A stretch of DNA of 64,000 bases, from positions 11,594,001 to 11,658,000 of the forward strand of contig NW_024704756.1 in NCBI RefSeq assembly GCF_018977255.1, in the 5' to 3' direction. Both the position numbers and the translations under genes were made by a program. Below are positions 41,701 through 54,249 of this stretch, piece after piece. The notes beneath the pieces are model-generated. The model did not search any database, had not been told where the DNA came from, and saw nothing but the letters and a program-made list of their open reading frames with translations. Each line of letters begins with the position of its first letter. The first letter of the stretch is position 1. Origin of the DNA: Callorhinchus milii. Lineage: Eukaryota.

Positions 41701-42956
41701 CAACATGCATTTCGGGACATGCACAGAATTCAGCGCAAAGTGAAGATATACCACACAAAAGATATTATCTCCAAAGTACATCAATATTATTTATTTTCTT
41801 CTCATTGCTCAGCAAACGATCAATTGAAACGGCATCTATTAGTCGCAGAAATTAGAACAAAAGGCCCAAAAGAAAAATGAAGACAAGTTTTCCAGAAGTT
41901 CAATTAAACCACTCAATACAATTCACGGTTAATGAATGCTATGCAAATATTAGTGATATGCTAATGATAGGTGAATATTAAAGATAGATGTAGCTGAAGC
42001 CATTCCTCAGACATCTTCAAAGTGGATCAAAAGCTTGATTTCCGTTGAATGTGAGCTTTGCAGAAACATCGATCAGGATTTGTTTTCACCCTTTTTAGAA
42101 AAGGAACAGGCATTTGGGCAGTGAATATGTATGAAATTACCCATCCAGATAACTAGTCTGAATATTCTAATGGTTATACGGGACGCAACATAATCCTCAG
42201 AAAAAAAATCAAAGTGAAAATGGCAAACTTCAAAAAAACGTTTTTCCATTTAATAACTGATCTCTTACACGCTCGTGGGTTTCCAATCCGAACGAAAGGT
42301 GATTCGATTATATATATTTATCTTGCAGTTTCATTCATTTTANTTTTTATAGTTGGCCAGGTTCAATGCTGGCTTCAGCCTCAACTGTTCAGCTAAGTAG
42401 AGGATTGGACGGGGTTACAAATGATGGGACTGGAGATACAGCACTGGATCATCACATTGATTGTTGTTTTGGCCTATCTAGAATGCAACATACAGCAGCT
42501 GTCCACAATTCAAAGGACACACAAGTTATGACCACATAATATTGATACACACAACTTATGTAATAAACTGAGTTTTAGCCTAAAACTTCTGCAAATTGTC
42601 TAGTAAAATAATTTGAATGGGTAACTGAAGAGTTGCAATGTCCGAGAGAGTGGCAGACTGCAAGTCACCAGAGTCTGTTCAATAAAGCTGGTTTTAAAGA
42701 GATTAAAGAGATTAGAGAGTGAATCCCACCTTCAGCGTCCTATTCAAAAGTTAAAAGAAACTTGGCAAGAATTTTACATTTTGAAGGATTAACTTTAACA
42801 TCTTTTTGCGCTTTTCCATCTACGTTTGCCTACCAGCGCTAGTGCTGATAACATCGCTGAGGAATTGGCATGGCGAGTGGTATCATATTGATCTGGTTGT
42901 TGTCAGTGATACACAAGAATAGCGGACAATGCACTCAAATTGACTGCGTCTGTTCT

Positions 42957-43004
42957 GGGTTGGGGTCAATGGGGAGGTGGGGGGTAGGGGGTGGTAGGGG
43001 GGGG
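42957..43004 (+). other. G-rich tract with G-quadruplex potential
   Basis: Six G-runs of 3-8 nt within 48 nt. Confidence 0.6.
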
Positions 43005-43807
43005 CAAGACCTGGAGGCTGACTCATGATTAATCATTTAAATCACAGATAAATCATAGAACAATTATTTTCTTTTTTCCTTCGTGCAATTTAAGTGCCAG
43101 AGGAATGTTTTTTGGGACATGGAGAATTAAAATGCTTTTCAAATGAACAACTGATTTTTCCAGGTTGCTTTTTACACAAACTCATTTGCACTGCAATGTT
43201 TCGCACTTTGAAAAGTAAACGTGAATATGATTTTCTCCACTCTTAAAATCTGGGCTTTGTTGCATATACCATTGGATAGATTGAGGTTAGTGTTGCATCA
43301 GATGCCTTCAGATTGCAAAGTGTTATCAGTGTAAAATCACCTCCACCAGTTGCCTCACTGCATTCTTAGTACCAGTTCAGCAGTCAGAATGACGCAATAA
43401 TTGCATCAAAGTAATTCTTAAAATGCAGTTTAGCTGAACGCAATAGTGTAAGGGAGCTGAATTGACATCACTAGAGATAAGTCATTAATCCACAGTATTT
43501 TAGAGATCTTGCAGTTTCAATTATCTGTGCTAATTCACCTCTCTTGTCATGTTCGGTTAACCCTTCTAATCTAATCTAATCTCCCAATGATGTCATGCCT
43601 TCAATTCAATGAAGAATGGTGCAATTAAAGAAAAATGAATTGTTAGTTAAAAAAAATGAAACTGATCTTTAATTAAGTTACAATCCTGAAAACTGACCGT
43701 GCAATCTTCATGCAGAACATATGATTAGATAACGTTGTTTCCATTTACTTATTATTTGTCTGGGTAATAGTTTAGCGTTTTCAAAGTTGTTCGTATCATT
43801 GCTCACT

Positions 43808-44150
43808 GAGAGGACTGGGTGGCGCCTGTGGCACACTGCCCTTTCACCTCTGGGTCCCAAACTGTAATCCGGCCTACACTGATGAAATGAAAGTCTCCTG
43901 TCCGGTTGTAAAAGTCCTGCACAAAATGAGTTTGAGCACTTTTGACTTGATTCCTAGTGATACATATACTCAGCACGGAATTGATCAGACTTTGGCTCCA
44001 TTGACATTAAAACTTGACCGTGCCTATCAGATACAACAAATGGTAATTAAAAACTTGCACAGGTGGATTGAGGGAGCAGGAAGTGTTTTCTCAGCTTGGT
44101 ATAATGGCATGTTGCTCCAGTGTGAGAAAGGGAACTTTGTTTTGTCTGCA
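43808..44150 (+). mobile_element. LF-SINE-like ancient tRNA-derived SINE
   Basis: ggactgggtggc...gccctttcacctctgggtc...aatccggcc...gaaagtc...aaaatgagttt...ttcctagtga follows the recalled LF-SINE motif order (gcctttcacctctaggtc, aatccagccc, gaaatgagttg, ttcctagtgga); 3' boundary uncertain. Confidence 0.65.
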
Positions 44151-44642
44151 GTTTATCAAATGCAATGATTATTATTTATGCTGCACAATACCAAATGTGT
44201 TTCAACAACGGCAACAATTTGCATTTATAATTATTAATAAGTGGTCAGCCTCCCTTTCTCTTTCTGCAAAAATTAATAGTGAACAACAAAAGTACTGCAC
44301 TGCTTTGGGAAAAATAATCATTGCTGTTGAGAATCCTCATTTACAAAGGAGAAAGGTGACTTGTGCTGTAATAGTTTGTGTTTCTGGGCATTCCTAAGTT
44401 TTAAGCCCCATTTTTCAAGATAGTATGACTTAGACCACCATGCCAAGTCTTGTGTGCCATCACTGAATATAAATTAGCAATGCTGGGTGCTTGTTGAGCC
44501 ACATTGAAAGGGGTTTATCTGGCTTCACTGCCCCCTATAATAATGTGGAAATCCTTCATCATCACAAATAGGAAGAACTAAAATGCATCGTCATGGCTGA
44601 TCACTGCCTAACAAATACAGTATACCTTTTACCTTTACAAAT

Positions 44643-44750
44643 CACCTACAAATACAGTTTTGCTACACTTTACAGTAAAATCCTGGAAAGTGCGTTTGAG
44701 TTGTTTCGACGACACAAGGCACTAAGTAAAATGCAAGCATTATTATTATT
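44643..44750 (+). mobile_element. Deu-type SINE 3' fragment
   Basis: cacctacaaatacag...cactttacagt...aaatgcaagcattattattatt. Confidence 0.65.
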
Positions 44751-45649
44751 GCTAATGACATTAGCAGCCCACATCATGGCATTCATGCTATTTAACAGAG
44801 GCTCACAAGAAACAAATGTCAAACTTGCTACACCTTCTAATGTTATTAAAGTGTATTTTTGCTTAAGCATATTATTATTCCCTGATGTTTCAGCATCATT
44901 CTAAACCTGAAGCAGCAATCTCAGTCAAAATCAATATACATGGGAACACTAGATGGCAGTCTCAGAGGTCATTTGGATGGCTTTGTTACTCGTTTTATAT
45001 ATCTTTAAAGTATTTCCCTCTGTAATAGATCAGATGCGAAATTGTGTCAAATCACATCCAATTTCTGCCAAAGCTCCAAAGCATTTCTCTGTAGTCTGCA
45101 AAATTCTGTAATTCTTAACTGTACTCGATTCTGCAAGTTATTTTCTCAGTGCCCGTTTCACCATGGTTGAGGGGGAGGTGTGTGGATTTCAATCAGACTG
45201 CAGTTAAAAAGTAAGTGTCCTTTCTTCCTGTCGTTTAAGCTTTTGTGGCAATATTTACCTCCCTCCATCTGCGGCCCAAAATTTCTCATGGTTTTAGCCT
45301 TAAAGGCCTTAAAATGTAAGAACCTGCAGAACTTTGAAACAAAATAGTTTAGAAGTCTAAGAATGGCAGAAACACAGCTTCCAAATCAAGACTTGATTTA
45401 AGAATTCTGCATGATCCTAAGTTTAAAGCTAATGGTCATGATGCTGAGACCATGAGACATTATCGGACATGATGGGAAATATCTAGTTTGCGTTCCTATG
45501 CTCTATCAATGCACTTTCACATGCACACTGAAGCTATTTTTGCAATGGAGCATAACAAGAGCAATGGACCCAAATCCTATGGTATTTCCCTATGGTGTAC
45601 TGATGCATCTCCCTCTGATGTTAATCATTGACTATTTTAGGGCAGCATT

Positions 45650-46330
45650 GATGGTGTAATGGCTAAAGTTGGATTGGGCTGTTTGTGCGGGGTGCTAAAT
45701 TGACCCCAGCCTTTCCAGTGTTACCAAGGGGTAAATTGGCAGAGTTTCCACTCCTTGTCCCACTTCAACACCCTCTCCTGGCAGTATGTGTCTGTAGCTG
45801 CTGGATGAGGAATGGGCAAGCTGGACTGTGATAATAATAATAATAATAATAATAATAATCCTTGCATTTGATATAGCGCTTTTCACGTCAGGAGGACGTC
45901 CCAAAGCGCTTCACAGAACACACTGTAAAGTGAATTGACTGTATATTTGTGGGCGAACGCGGCAGCCAATTGCGCACAGCAATGTCCCACAAACAGTCGT
46001 AGATTGAAAATGACCAATTTAATTATTGTTTTTGGTTTTGGAGGGATTATTATTAGGCGTGTGGAGTAAGGAAACTTGCCCAAGGTTTCGCCCTGCCTGG
46101 AATTGAACTCAGGTCTCTCACTTGCAAAGCGAGTGCTCTAACCACTGAGCTACAGGACTCCACAAGTGATACCCTTTACAGTCAGGTAGCCTGCCAACAT
46201 TCACTGCCTTGGCTCCCACTTGAACAATACTCACTGGTCAAGGTAATGGAGGGCAACCAGGCCCTCACCACCCCAACATGAGGAGGCCAGAGCAGGAACA
46301 GAGGCATTTGCCGAGGGGCGGAACAATTGG
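45650..46330 (+). mobile_element. AmnSINE2-like ancient SINE interrupted by a young SINE
   Basis: Flanks rejoin as gctggactgtgata|ccctttacagtcaggtagcctgccaacattcactgccttggctcccacttgaacaat...caaggtaatggagggc, resembling recalled AmnSINE2 ctgtgatgccc..aatagcctgccgacactcactgtctaggctcac. Confidence 0.55.
45831..46165 (-). mobile_element. Full-length young tRNA-Ala(TGC)-derived SINE
   Basis: Pol III A box TAGCTCAGTGG (46142-46152), B box GTTCAATTCC (46099-46108), anticodon loop TTTGCAA, Deu-like 3' body, (ATT)n tail, TSD GTGATA at 45828-45833 and 46166-46171. Confidence 0.97.
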
Positions 46331-48810
46331 ACACATTAAATTTAAATTAAAAAAAATTCTGGATTCTGGAAAGGATCTTATCAAGCATACTCCAGTGTTA
46401 CCAATCTCTTTAACGTATGCAACTGAGTCAAAGCTTGTTCGATCCTGGCAAAATAATGCAATTCCAATGGCAGCTCTGGATGCACTAAATACACCCAATC
46501 CAGCTCCATCCCTGAACCTGACCATTCCATTGCATCGGGAAGCTTTGTAGAACTGTATTCAAATCAATTTAGTTTATGTCTAATCTGAAGTACAAGGTTC
46601 CAACCAGTTGTACTGCTGACAATGGCAGGAGAAAAGCCAACTTCAACTGCAGAACTAGTGCATTGGCACAGTGCTTACAATCTATTAACCGCTCCTGGCT
46701 GTTTGGTACCATTGCGCTGTATGGAACTGCATAGACCTGAGGGTTTCATAGCATGGCGCCAGGTGTAACATTTTATACATTTCCAAGACATTTTGCTTAT
46801 TCAAATTGTTCATTGCACTGAAATGCCTGCTGTCGCGGAAATTAAACGGATATGTGATACCGTCAGAACAGGATTTCAATACATTTTTAATTGAGAGCAT
46901 AGCTGGTGATACTTAGCAATGCAGAAGAGCCACCACTTAGCAAAGCATATTTTAAAGCACAAAAGCCATCACAAATCTGACATATACAAGGTCTGAACCT
47001 CCAGACAGGCTTGCTTGTTACAATTAACAGTAGTTGACTGTCTTGTAAATGCCATGTCATCTGTGCTAGATGAGTTAAGACACTGAATTCAGCGGTCAGA
47101 TTGCTGAATGAACTTCTGATTTAATAATGGCCTTTTTCAGTTATGGTATATTCTGACTGACAGAGGAATTGTTCGCAGATTACATGCTGGTGCACGAAAA
47201 ATGCAATGTCTAATACGGGCATAACTGTCAAAACTCAAATAAAACCAGAGAAATGTGGTTCGGAATATTTCAGACTCAGACAGGATATCTGTGTCAGATA
47301 AAAAACAAAATTAAAGAGGAATGAATGAAGTCCAATATTGTATGAAAATCATAGAATTGTTTATGCCAATTTGCCAGCTTTATTTAGTGCTGTACCAACG
47401 TCCTTTCCACACCTTTGTGAATATTTGTCTCAAGCCTATATACATACATACTGTACATAGATTACTATATACAATACTTTAAGTATACATATTTTCCAGG
47501 TAATACTCACATAGTGGAACAAAGCGAACTCACATTGACTGCTTACTAACTGCCAGTATTAAAATAATGTTTAGGCCCCATTTGAATGACAATGAGCAAA
47601 GAATAAATTTCTCAAGTATTGCAAGCCACAGGGTATGGAAGCATTAAACAGTAACCCTCTTTGTTCTTATGTAACTCTAAACAAATATCTGCATGTGTGC
47701 TTCATCTGTGTTGTTACGTGCTGTGCCAGGTAGCAATATATGAGTTTGAGAATAATGTAGAGTTATCCTTTGCTACTGGTTTCAAATTGACTATCCACCT
47801 TCCAGCTGGATTGCAAAACCCTTCAAATTAAGCTGGATCAAAGTATAAGAATAATAACTAGAAAGCAAACTGTGAACATCAGCTGTGAACTATAAAAAGT
47901 GCACTTTTTTATTTGCCAAACATCTTCCATCAGAGTTCACCAAAATGCTATATTAACTACAGTTCAACTTTACATTTATATAGCAAAGTACTTTCATGTA
48001 GGCAAAATGTCACTAATACAAATGTGAAGTATAATAATAAGGAGAGAGAAAGAATGATCTCCCAATGTCTACAGGGAAAGAAAACAGACTTGGAAGCTTG
48101 AGGAACAAACTGTGAGAGACAGGAAAGTAAAAAAAATACATCTTTATAGGCTTTTACTTTACTCTCGTGAGGGTTTGGCAACAGTGACTATTTTGTGGTT
48201 GGAGTTTAATGATCTCGCTTTGATGTATTAAGTGTCAAGGTGCAGAATAGTGTGTGGCAATCTCCTGATTGGTTTTGTGATCCACGTAAATATAAAGGTA
48301 GCTCCATAAAAAGAGAACCACACTGATTTTATCACAAAGAAAAGAGCTACTTCAGACAGGGCTGATGTATACACTAAGCTAGGAGGAGGTTGTTGTGGCT
48401 ACAAAGCAGGGAAAATATTATCAGCGGTCACTCTCTTCACCTCCCTGCCCCCACTTTTACCATTTATCCTACTATTAAGAACTGAACACAACAGATAAGA
48501 TTTTAAAGAAAAATCTAGTGAAGTGTCTTTGTATTCATGGAAAGCAAACCCTTTCTTTGGCGTACAAGAAGAGATATAAACAGGTTCTGTCATTTTGATT
48601 GCAAATAACATCATACTCGAATGATAGAATCATAAACTCGTTGTTAAACAATGTGATTACCAGTCATAAAGAGGAAGTGAAGATTGCATTGCTTTTTCCA
48701 GTGATTGGTGTATAATGTTATGCTTCAAAATGATTTGTGCCATTACATTGTTAGGGGATAAATTCCATCTGGATCTACATGTGCTTTCCTTGTGTAGCAC
48801 TTCAGAGAGG

Positions 48811-48940
48811 CCGGAACTTGGTCAATTCTTAAATGTAGCCTTAATTTTGAAGCTGTTTCTCCGTAACCTCCTTTAAAGAACTATAGGAAACGCGCTTCAA
48901 AGTTAGGAGTGAATTCGTTGACTTGCCAAATTCTAGGCAC
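48811..48940. repeat. Imperfect palindrome (decayed MITE-like)
   Basis: ccttaattttgaagctgtttc versus reverse complement of ggaaacgcgcttcaaagttagg, around a central ctcctttaaaga. Confidence 0.55.
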
Positions 48941-49159
48941 GCTAAAATGCCACCTAAATAGAATAAATCTAGACCCAGGTAGAAGTTCTCCTCACATGTG
49001 TTTTGAAATGGACAAGTTCTGTCGAATTCTTTTTCATCAAGATAATACACCTTTAACACAAATCAATAGCAAAGAATCGTGAGACAGGAGAGTGAAAACC
49101 TGTGCGAAAGGGAGCTTTAGCTCCATCTACAGCAGATTTGTTTCAAAGATTACTACCTA

Positions 49160-49458
49160 AAATGTGCAAAACGCATTCGCCGACAAAACACAGGTACTAC
49201 ACTTTACTGTAAATTCTGTGAAGTGCTTTGAGATGGTTCAACCACATGATGAGGCGCTATACCAATACAAGCATTATTATTGTTATCATTATTATTGTTA
49301 TCATTATTATTGTTATCATTATTATTATTAAGCGCTATATCAAATGCAAGGATTATTATTATTATTATTATTGTAATTATTATATCCTGTGAAGCGTTTT
49401 GAGACGTCCTCCCGATGTCAAAGGCACAATACCAAATGTAAGCATTTTTATTATCATT
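49160..49458 (+). mobile_element. Three stacked SINE 3' ends plus a 15-bp tandem repeat (CATTATTATTGTTAT)x3
   Basis: Tails at ~49160-49280, 49330-49372 (young type) and ~49380-49458. Confidence 0.85.
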
Positions 49459-50490
49459 GTCTTCAAGGGATGAGCCACAACTTTCCTCAGCAGGGCACCT
49501 GGCCTTTAAGAATTAAGTTTGCCCTCGTCTCTACTGGAAATTTCAATAATGTATTGTTTAATCTTCATGCTTTTGTTTTTGTAATAGCCATTCGCAGTGA
49601 GCCAGCACTTAAATAAAAATTCCGTAGCCAGTGAATGGCACAGCACCCAGTGAATTACATTGTACTGGAGGGAATCAGTGACTTTGGTGTGAGGAGTTGT
49701 GCATTCTAACTGTTTCCTGATCAGCAGAGAAAGTCAAATCGGTCCAGCTCATGCATTTTCGCTCACTGCTGGGCCCTCGTTATCTTAGCAAATAGTCATT
49801 TCCATTCTTTCAGCTGATGCTGGGGCTGATTGAAATGAGGTGGCTCATTACAGTGGGGTAGAGAAAGGGAACTGGCTTACAGATGTGTTTCTCCCTTGTG
49901 TTCTGTTAATACTAATGTTGCCGATTACTGGGAATTCCCAGGCTGTCTTTTATGTTGGCTAATGAGCAAGGATTTCAGTCCTTTCACTGGCAATTGGAAA
50001 ATGCTGGGCTGTGAAACACTGATGCTGACAGTGTCAAATTTTTGTTTGAATAACTGAAAATGTTACTACCCTTCATATTGGAGGCTATTTGAGGCTTTCA
50101 GGTTCCGTACGTCCAGAAACACACCACAGTGTGACAGGCAGTGTTCACTCCTGCTGCTTTAGCAGCTTTTCAACAATAAAAAAGGTAATAAAGGATTACA
50201 TCAAAGTAAAAAAACCTGGCAGTTTTAAACCATTTTTAAAGGGAGACATGATTCACATGTTTATTGCTGCTGTCAAGTAAGCCTGTGGGCATGGATTAGC
50301 CTTGCACATTTCCTACTGTTAACTCCTCAGTAACATTCGCTAACCACCAGGAGATAATGCTAAAAAAAAACCAACAGCATGCAGTTACACAGCTGCTTAT
50401 ACTGTATCTGGTCACGTTATCACTTAGGTTGCACATTTTGAGCTGTTCATTCAAGGAGAATAGTGCATCCCTCGTTATTAGTTTGTAAAA

Positions 50491-50528
50491 AGAAATTACA
50501 AACTTTCTGATAGAAATTACAAACTTTC
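50491..50528. repeat. Local tandem duplication (17 bp, period 21)
   Basis: agaaattacaaactttc at 50491-50507 and 50512-50528. Confidence 0.9.
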
Positions 50529-52617
50529 AAATATATACAGGAAATAATCCCGGCATTTTGATAGAAAACCTATAATGCCAAAACACCTGAAAATGCATCA
50601 CAAGCAAATCGCTGCGAAAGCCAATGACTCTTTTTATTATTTTGTCAGTGAGTTATATAACATAGTTCAGTACTCTCCCACAAATCCTGATGATGTACTG
50701 TAATAATTTACAATCCTTGCTACATTCATAAATCACAGGTATTAAATTGGCATTAGTAAGATTTTGTTTCATTGTGTGCCAAACTAAAACCTCCCTGATA
50801 TGTTTTGGTTTCCTGATTAAATGTACAATGGTCAACAAACATGCCAAGAACTAATAAGGAGAATAATGAGGCGCCTGAGGTGGGTTCCTTTCATTTTATT
50901 GCCAAAAGTAGAAGTCGTGAAGTAAAGTGCAATATGTAAATTGACAGATATATATTTCTGGCATTTCTTCAGGCATTATCTGCTGCTGAAAACACGGAAT
51001 GGAAATAACATGTTGGAACAGCAACTTGGAGCTCCAACACGCAGCACCACAATAACATTGGAGCTGTTAGGATACAGCTTTTTGCTAATAATTTCCCAGA
51101 TGGTAAGATGTCAGGCATGGCTTTGGGAAAGGGACCAAGTCCAGACTGGATAGCTTCCCACAGATTAAATGAAGATGACTCACCCTGAAACATTTGCAGC
51201 TCAAGGTGTGGAGCATAAAAGTGGCGCTAGCAAAGGTTTGAGAGCACTTTACCCTCATTTTTTTTCTTCTGTCAATTAGGTGTGGTACAGGAATGAACTG
51301 AGCAAATAACCTCCAATAGAATCTTTTGTTCTGTCACTGGAAAACATATCTGAATTGTAGACTAAGCCTGAATGTAAGAATTTTTTTTTACCATTCTGCA
51401 CGCTGAAATTTTAAAACAATAGTCTTAAGGTTAAGAGTTGAGTTTTATTTCCAATCAAGAACATTAAGACAAACCTTTTCACTAAAGTTTGGCCGATTAT
51501 CTTAAAGATTATATTAAACAATTTCTTATTTCAATATTATAATGCTTCAAATATTCTTCGACCAATGATGCAAATTTTTCTCTCATTTAGGTAACATGAC
51601 TGGGAGTTGGCACCTTTAATTCTAACAGTTTGGTCTCATATCTTATTTCTTGCTAGATCCAAAATTCAGTTCTGCCCCAAGTGTTTTTTTAATGTAAATA
51701 GTGCCTACATAGCCTTTACTATGTAGTTCTATGAGTAGAAGCAATGCCTCAGCTGTCATATAATGGTACTATGGTTGGGGAACACATTTGCTTCAGGGCT
51801 TTTTCCTAGCTTGATTGATAGAACTTCTTTGCAGTCATCCATTCAGTGGTCTGCACTCAGCTTTATTCAAGCATGGAGTGAGCCTCTTTCTATCTCCTCC
51901 TGCCCTTTTTTTTAACTGTGTATACCCGGTGCACAGTGTAACAGGTCACTTGTTGGGGACACCAACCCAGGCAATTTTGCGTATAAGTAATGACTTGGAA
52001 CTATAGCTCCTGTGCTCATGACTCAAAGTCCATGGTGGAAACACAGTCACTACAGTTAATAGGGTCTTTGTGAAGAGGGTTGACATAGTTTTGTTATTAG
52101 GTTAGATATATGCAGCCATTATTACAGTGGATACTTTTAAAGTCAGGTAGGGATGGTGCATCACACATCAACTCTTCTCGAATGTCAACAGTCTCCTCTG
52201 CCAACATGCCAAACCCCTTCCTTTCGCTTCAGTTCTTTACCAGCATGTTGAGATTGGGCTCTTCCACGCCAACCACACACACACACACGCCACCTCCCAG
52301 CATTACATGGCGTGCTGATAGCAAACACTGTCATCAGCTCAGCTCTGGTTTATTATTTTTATCACTATTGCTAAACAGAAAAATAGGTATGAAGAAAACA
52401 AGTCGCACTGACAATGTATCTATCGCTGCAGGGAAATGATTTTAGCAACATCCATCATGCTGCTTTGAAGCAAAATTTTCAAAACAAGCCATTTCAAGAA
52501 CGGAACCTGCCTGAATTCTCTCATCCCACTCCCCCCCCTCTGCCCCCCACCCTCCCCATAGCAACTCCTTCTCTTTAATGAGTGTCTGCAGAATTGCGAG
52601 AGATTTGACTACAGTTT

Positions 52618-52935
52618 TATAATAATAATAATAACAATCCTTGCCTTTGATGGTGCTGAGGGCCTTATCATAGTGTATTTATAGGCAAACCTGGTAACCA
52701 ATTTGCACCACAAACATGTAAAAAATGTCCCACAAACAGTCACAAAGAATGTGATCAATTTTATTTGCAGTAATATTGGCCAGGACACCAGGAGAAACCA
52801 GGAGAAACTACCTTCTCTTTTCGCATAGTGCTGAAGAAGACCTTTAAGATCCACCCGAACAGGTAGATTAAAATCTCATCCTAAAGATTGCACCAGTGGT
52901 GGGAGTGCTGACGACTGAGTCATGCTGCTGACACC
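52618..52935 (-). mobile_element. Old Deu-domain SINE
   Basis: (taa)n tail, ccaatttgcac, cccacaaacag, aatattggccaggacaccaggagaa, cttctcttttcgcatagtgc, atccacccga, tctcatcctaaaga, gctgacacc. Confidence 0.85.
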
Positions 52936-53229
52936 TAAACGATTTTGAGCAGGTTTTATTCATCGTGGATCATTGCACGTGAAAAACTTCTCACTCTTCT
53001 GTACAATCATTCTAATCTCTGAAAAAATAGTTATCAACTTGATCATAAGAATTCTAGAGAAGGAACTAGAGAAACAGCTGCGTGAAAAACAAAGGGAAGC
53101 GATCCGAAGGGCGAATCTGGTTCTATATTCCCACCCAAGTTCATAGCTGAAACGCATTGGCACGCACCTCCAGCAGGCTGAAATGGAGAAATGACGTCTT
53201 TTGCATACATTGAATAGTACCCAAGATAT

Positions 53230-53756
53230 TACAATACAATACAAAATGACATCTGTAAAGTACCTTTCACGTCGGGAGGACGTCCCAAGGTCCTGAGCAG
53301 TCAGGGATTAGGAATTAGGATATGAGGGGGGCGGGTGTGTATTGGGATCAGGGATAGTAGAGGGCAGAGAGGGTGGCCGAAGGCACGGTCGAAGAGGAGG
53401 GTCTTGAAGCATGCTTTGAAGTTGTTAAGAGAGGGAGCGAGGTGAAGGGAATGTGGGATGGAATTCCAGAGGGTGTGGGCAGAGAGGCTGAAGGCCTGAC
53501 CACTGATGATGGGGCGGGCCGGTTGGGGGACATGGAGCAGGCCAGAGCCTGCTGAGCTCAGGGAGCGGATAGGTTGATAAAAGGTTAGTAGGTCGGAGAG
53601 GTAGGAGGGGGCAAGGCTGTGGAGAACCTTGAAGGTGAGTATGAGGATTTTGAACTCAATCCTCTGAGGGATGGGGAGCCAGTCGAGCCGGGTGAGGTGA
53701 GTGTGGTGGGAGTCAAGGAGCCTGGTGCGGGAGAGGACATGAGCTGCAGAGTTCTA
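53230..53756 (-). mobile_element. 5'-truncated L2-clade LINE (ORF2 C-terminus, 3'UTR, (TTGTA)n tail)
   Basis: Minus strand NSAAHVLSRTR..LTRLDWLPIPQRIEFKILILTFKVLHSLAPSYLSDLLTFYQPIRSLSS..LLHVP / GQAFSLSAHTLWNSIPHSLHLAPSLNNFKACFKTLLFDRAF. Confidence 0.95.
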
Positions 53757-53924
53757 GATGATACATTATGTGAAAGGAGTTATACAACTGCAAGCTGTTG
53801 TTATTACCTATAATGAAGCAATACTGGAGAAAGATGGTAGAGAGAGAGATAACAATAAAGGAAATAATCTTTACATTCGATTTGGGATCTTATCACATTG
53901 TTGGAATGCCTCACAGAGCTTTCT

Positions 53925-54249
53925 TAATAATAATAATAATAATAATCCTTGCATTTGATATAGCGCTTTTTACGTCGGGAGGACGTCCCAAAGCGCTTCA
54001 CAGAATATACTGTAAAGTGAATTGACTGTATATCTGTGGGCGAACGCGGCAGCGAAATGCGCACAGCAATGTCCCACAAACAGTCGTAGATTGAAAATGA
54101 CCAATTTATTATTGTTTTTGGTTTTGGAGGGATTATTATTAGGCGTGTGGAGTAAGGAAACTTGCCCAAGGTTTCGCCCTGCCGGGAATTGAACCCAGGT
54201 GTCTCGCTTGCAAAGCGAGTGCTCTAACCCCTGAGCTACAGGACTCCAC
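53925..54249 (-). mobile_element. Full-length young tRNA-SINE (left unit of dimer)
   Basis: Head folds as a near-complete cloverleaf (anticodon stem CTCGC/GCGAG, T arm CTGGG-TTCAATT-CCCGG); (ATT)n tail. Confidence 0.97.

Noticed and set aside
35705-42343. Two isolated N bases (35705, 42343)
   Set aside because: Assembly ambiguities, not biology
52525-52558. C-rich tract (minus-strand G4 potential)
   Set aside because: Simple low-complexity sequence with no promoter or CpG-island context
53230-53756. Active LINE
   Set aside because: 5'-truncated and frameshifted; no intact endonuclease or RT domain anywhere in the window
54175-54247. tRNA-Ala(TGC) gene (also in the heads near 46090-46161 and 54510-54581)
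   Set aside because: The cloverleaf is the head of a multi-copy SINE. It continues into the SINE body with no immediate poly-T terminator and lacks the G3:U70 Ala identity pair.
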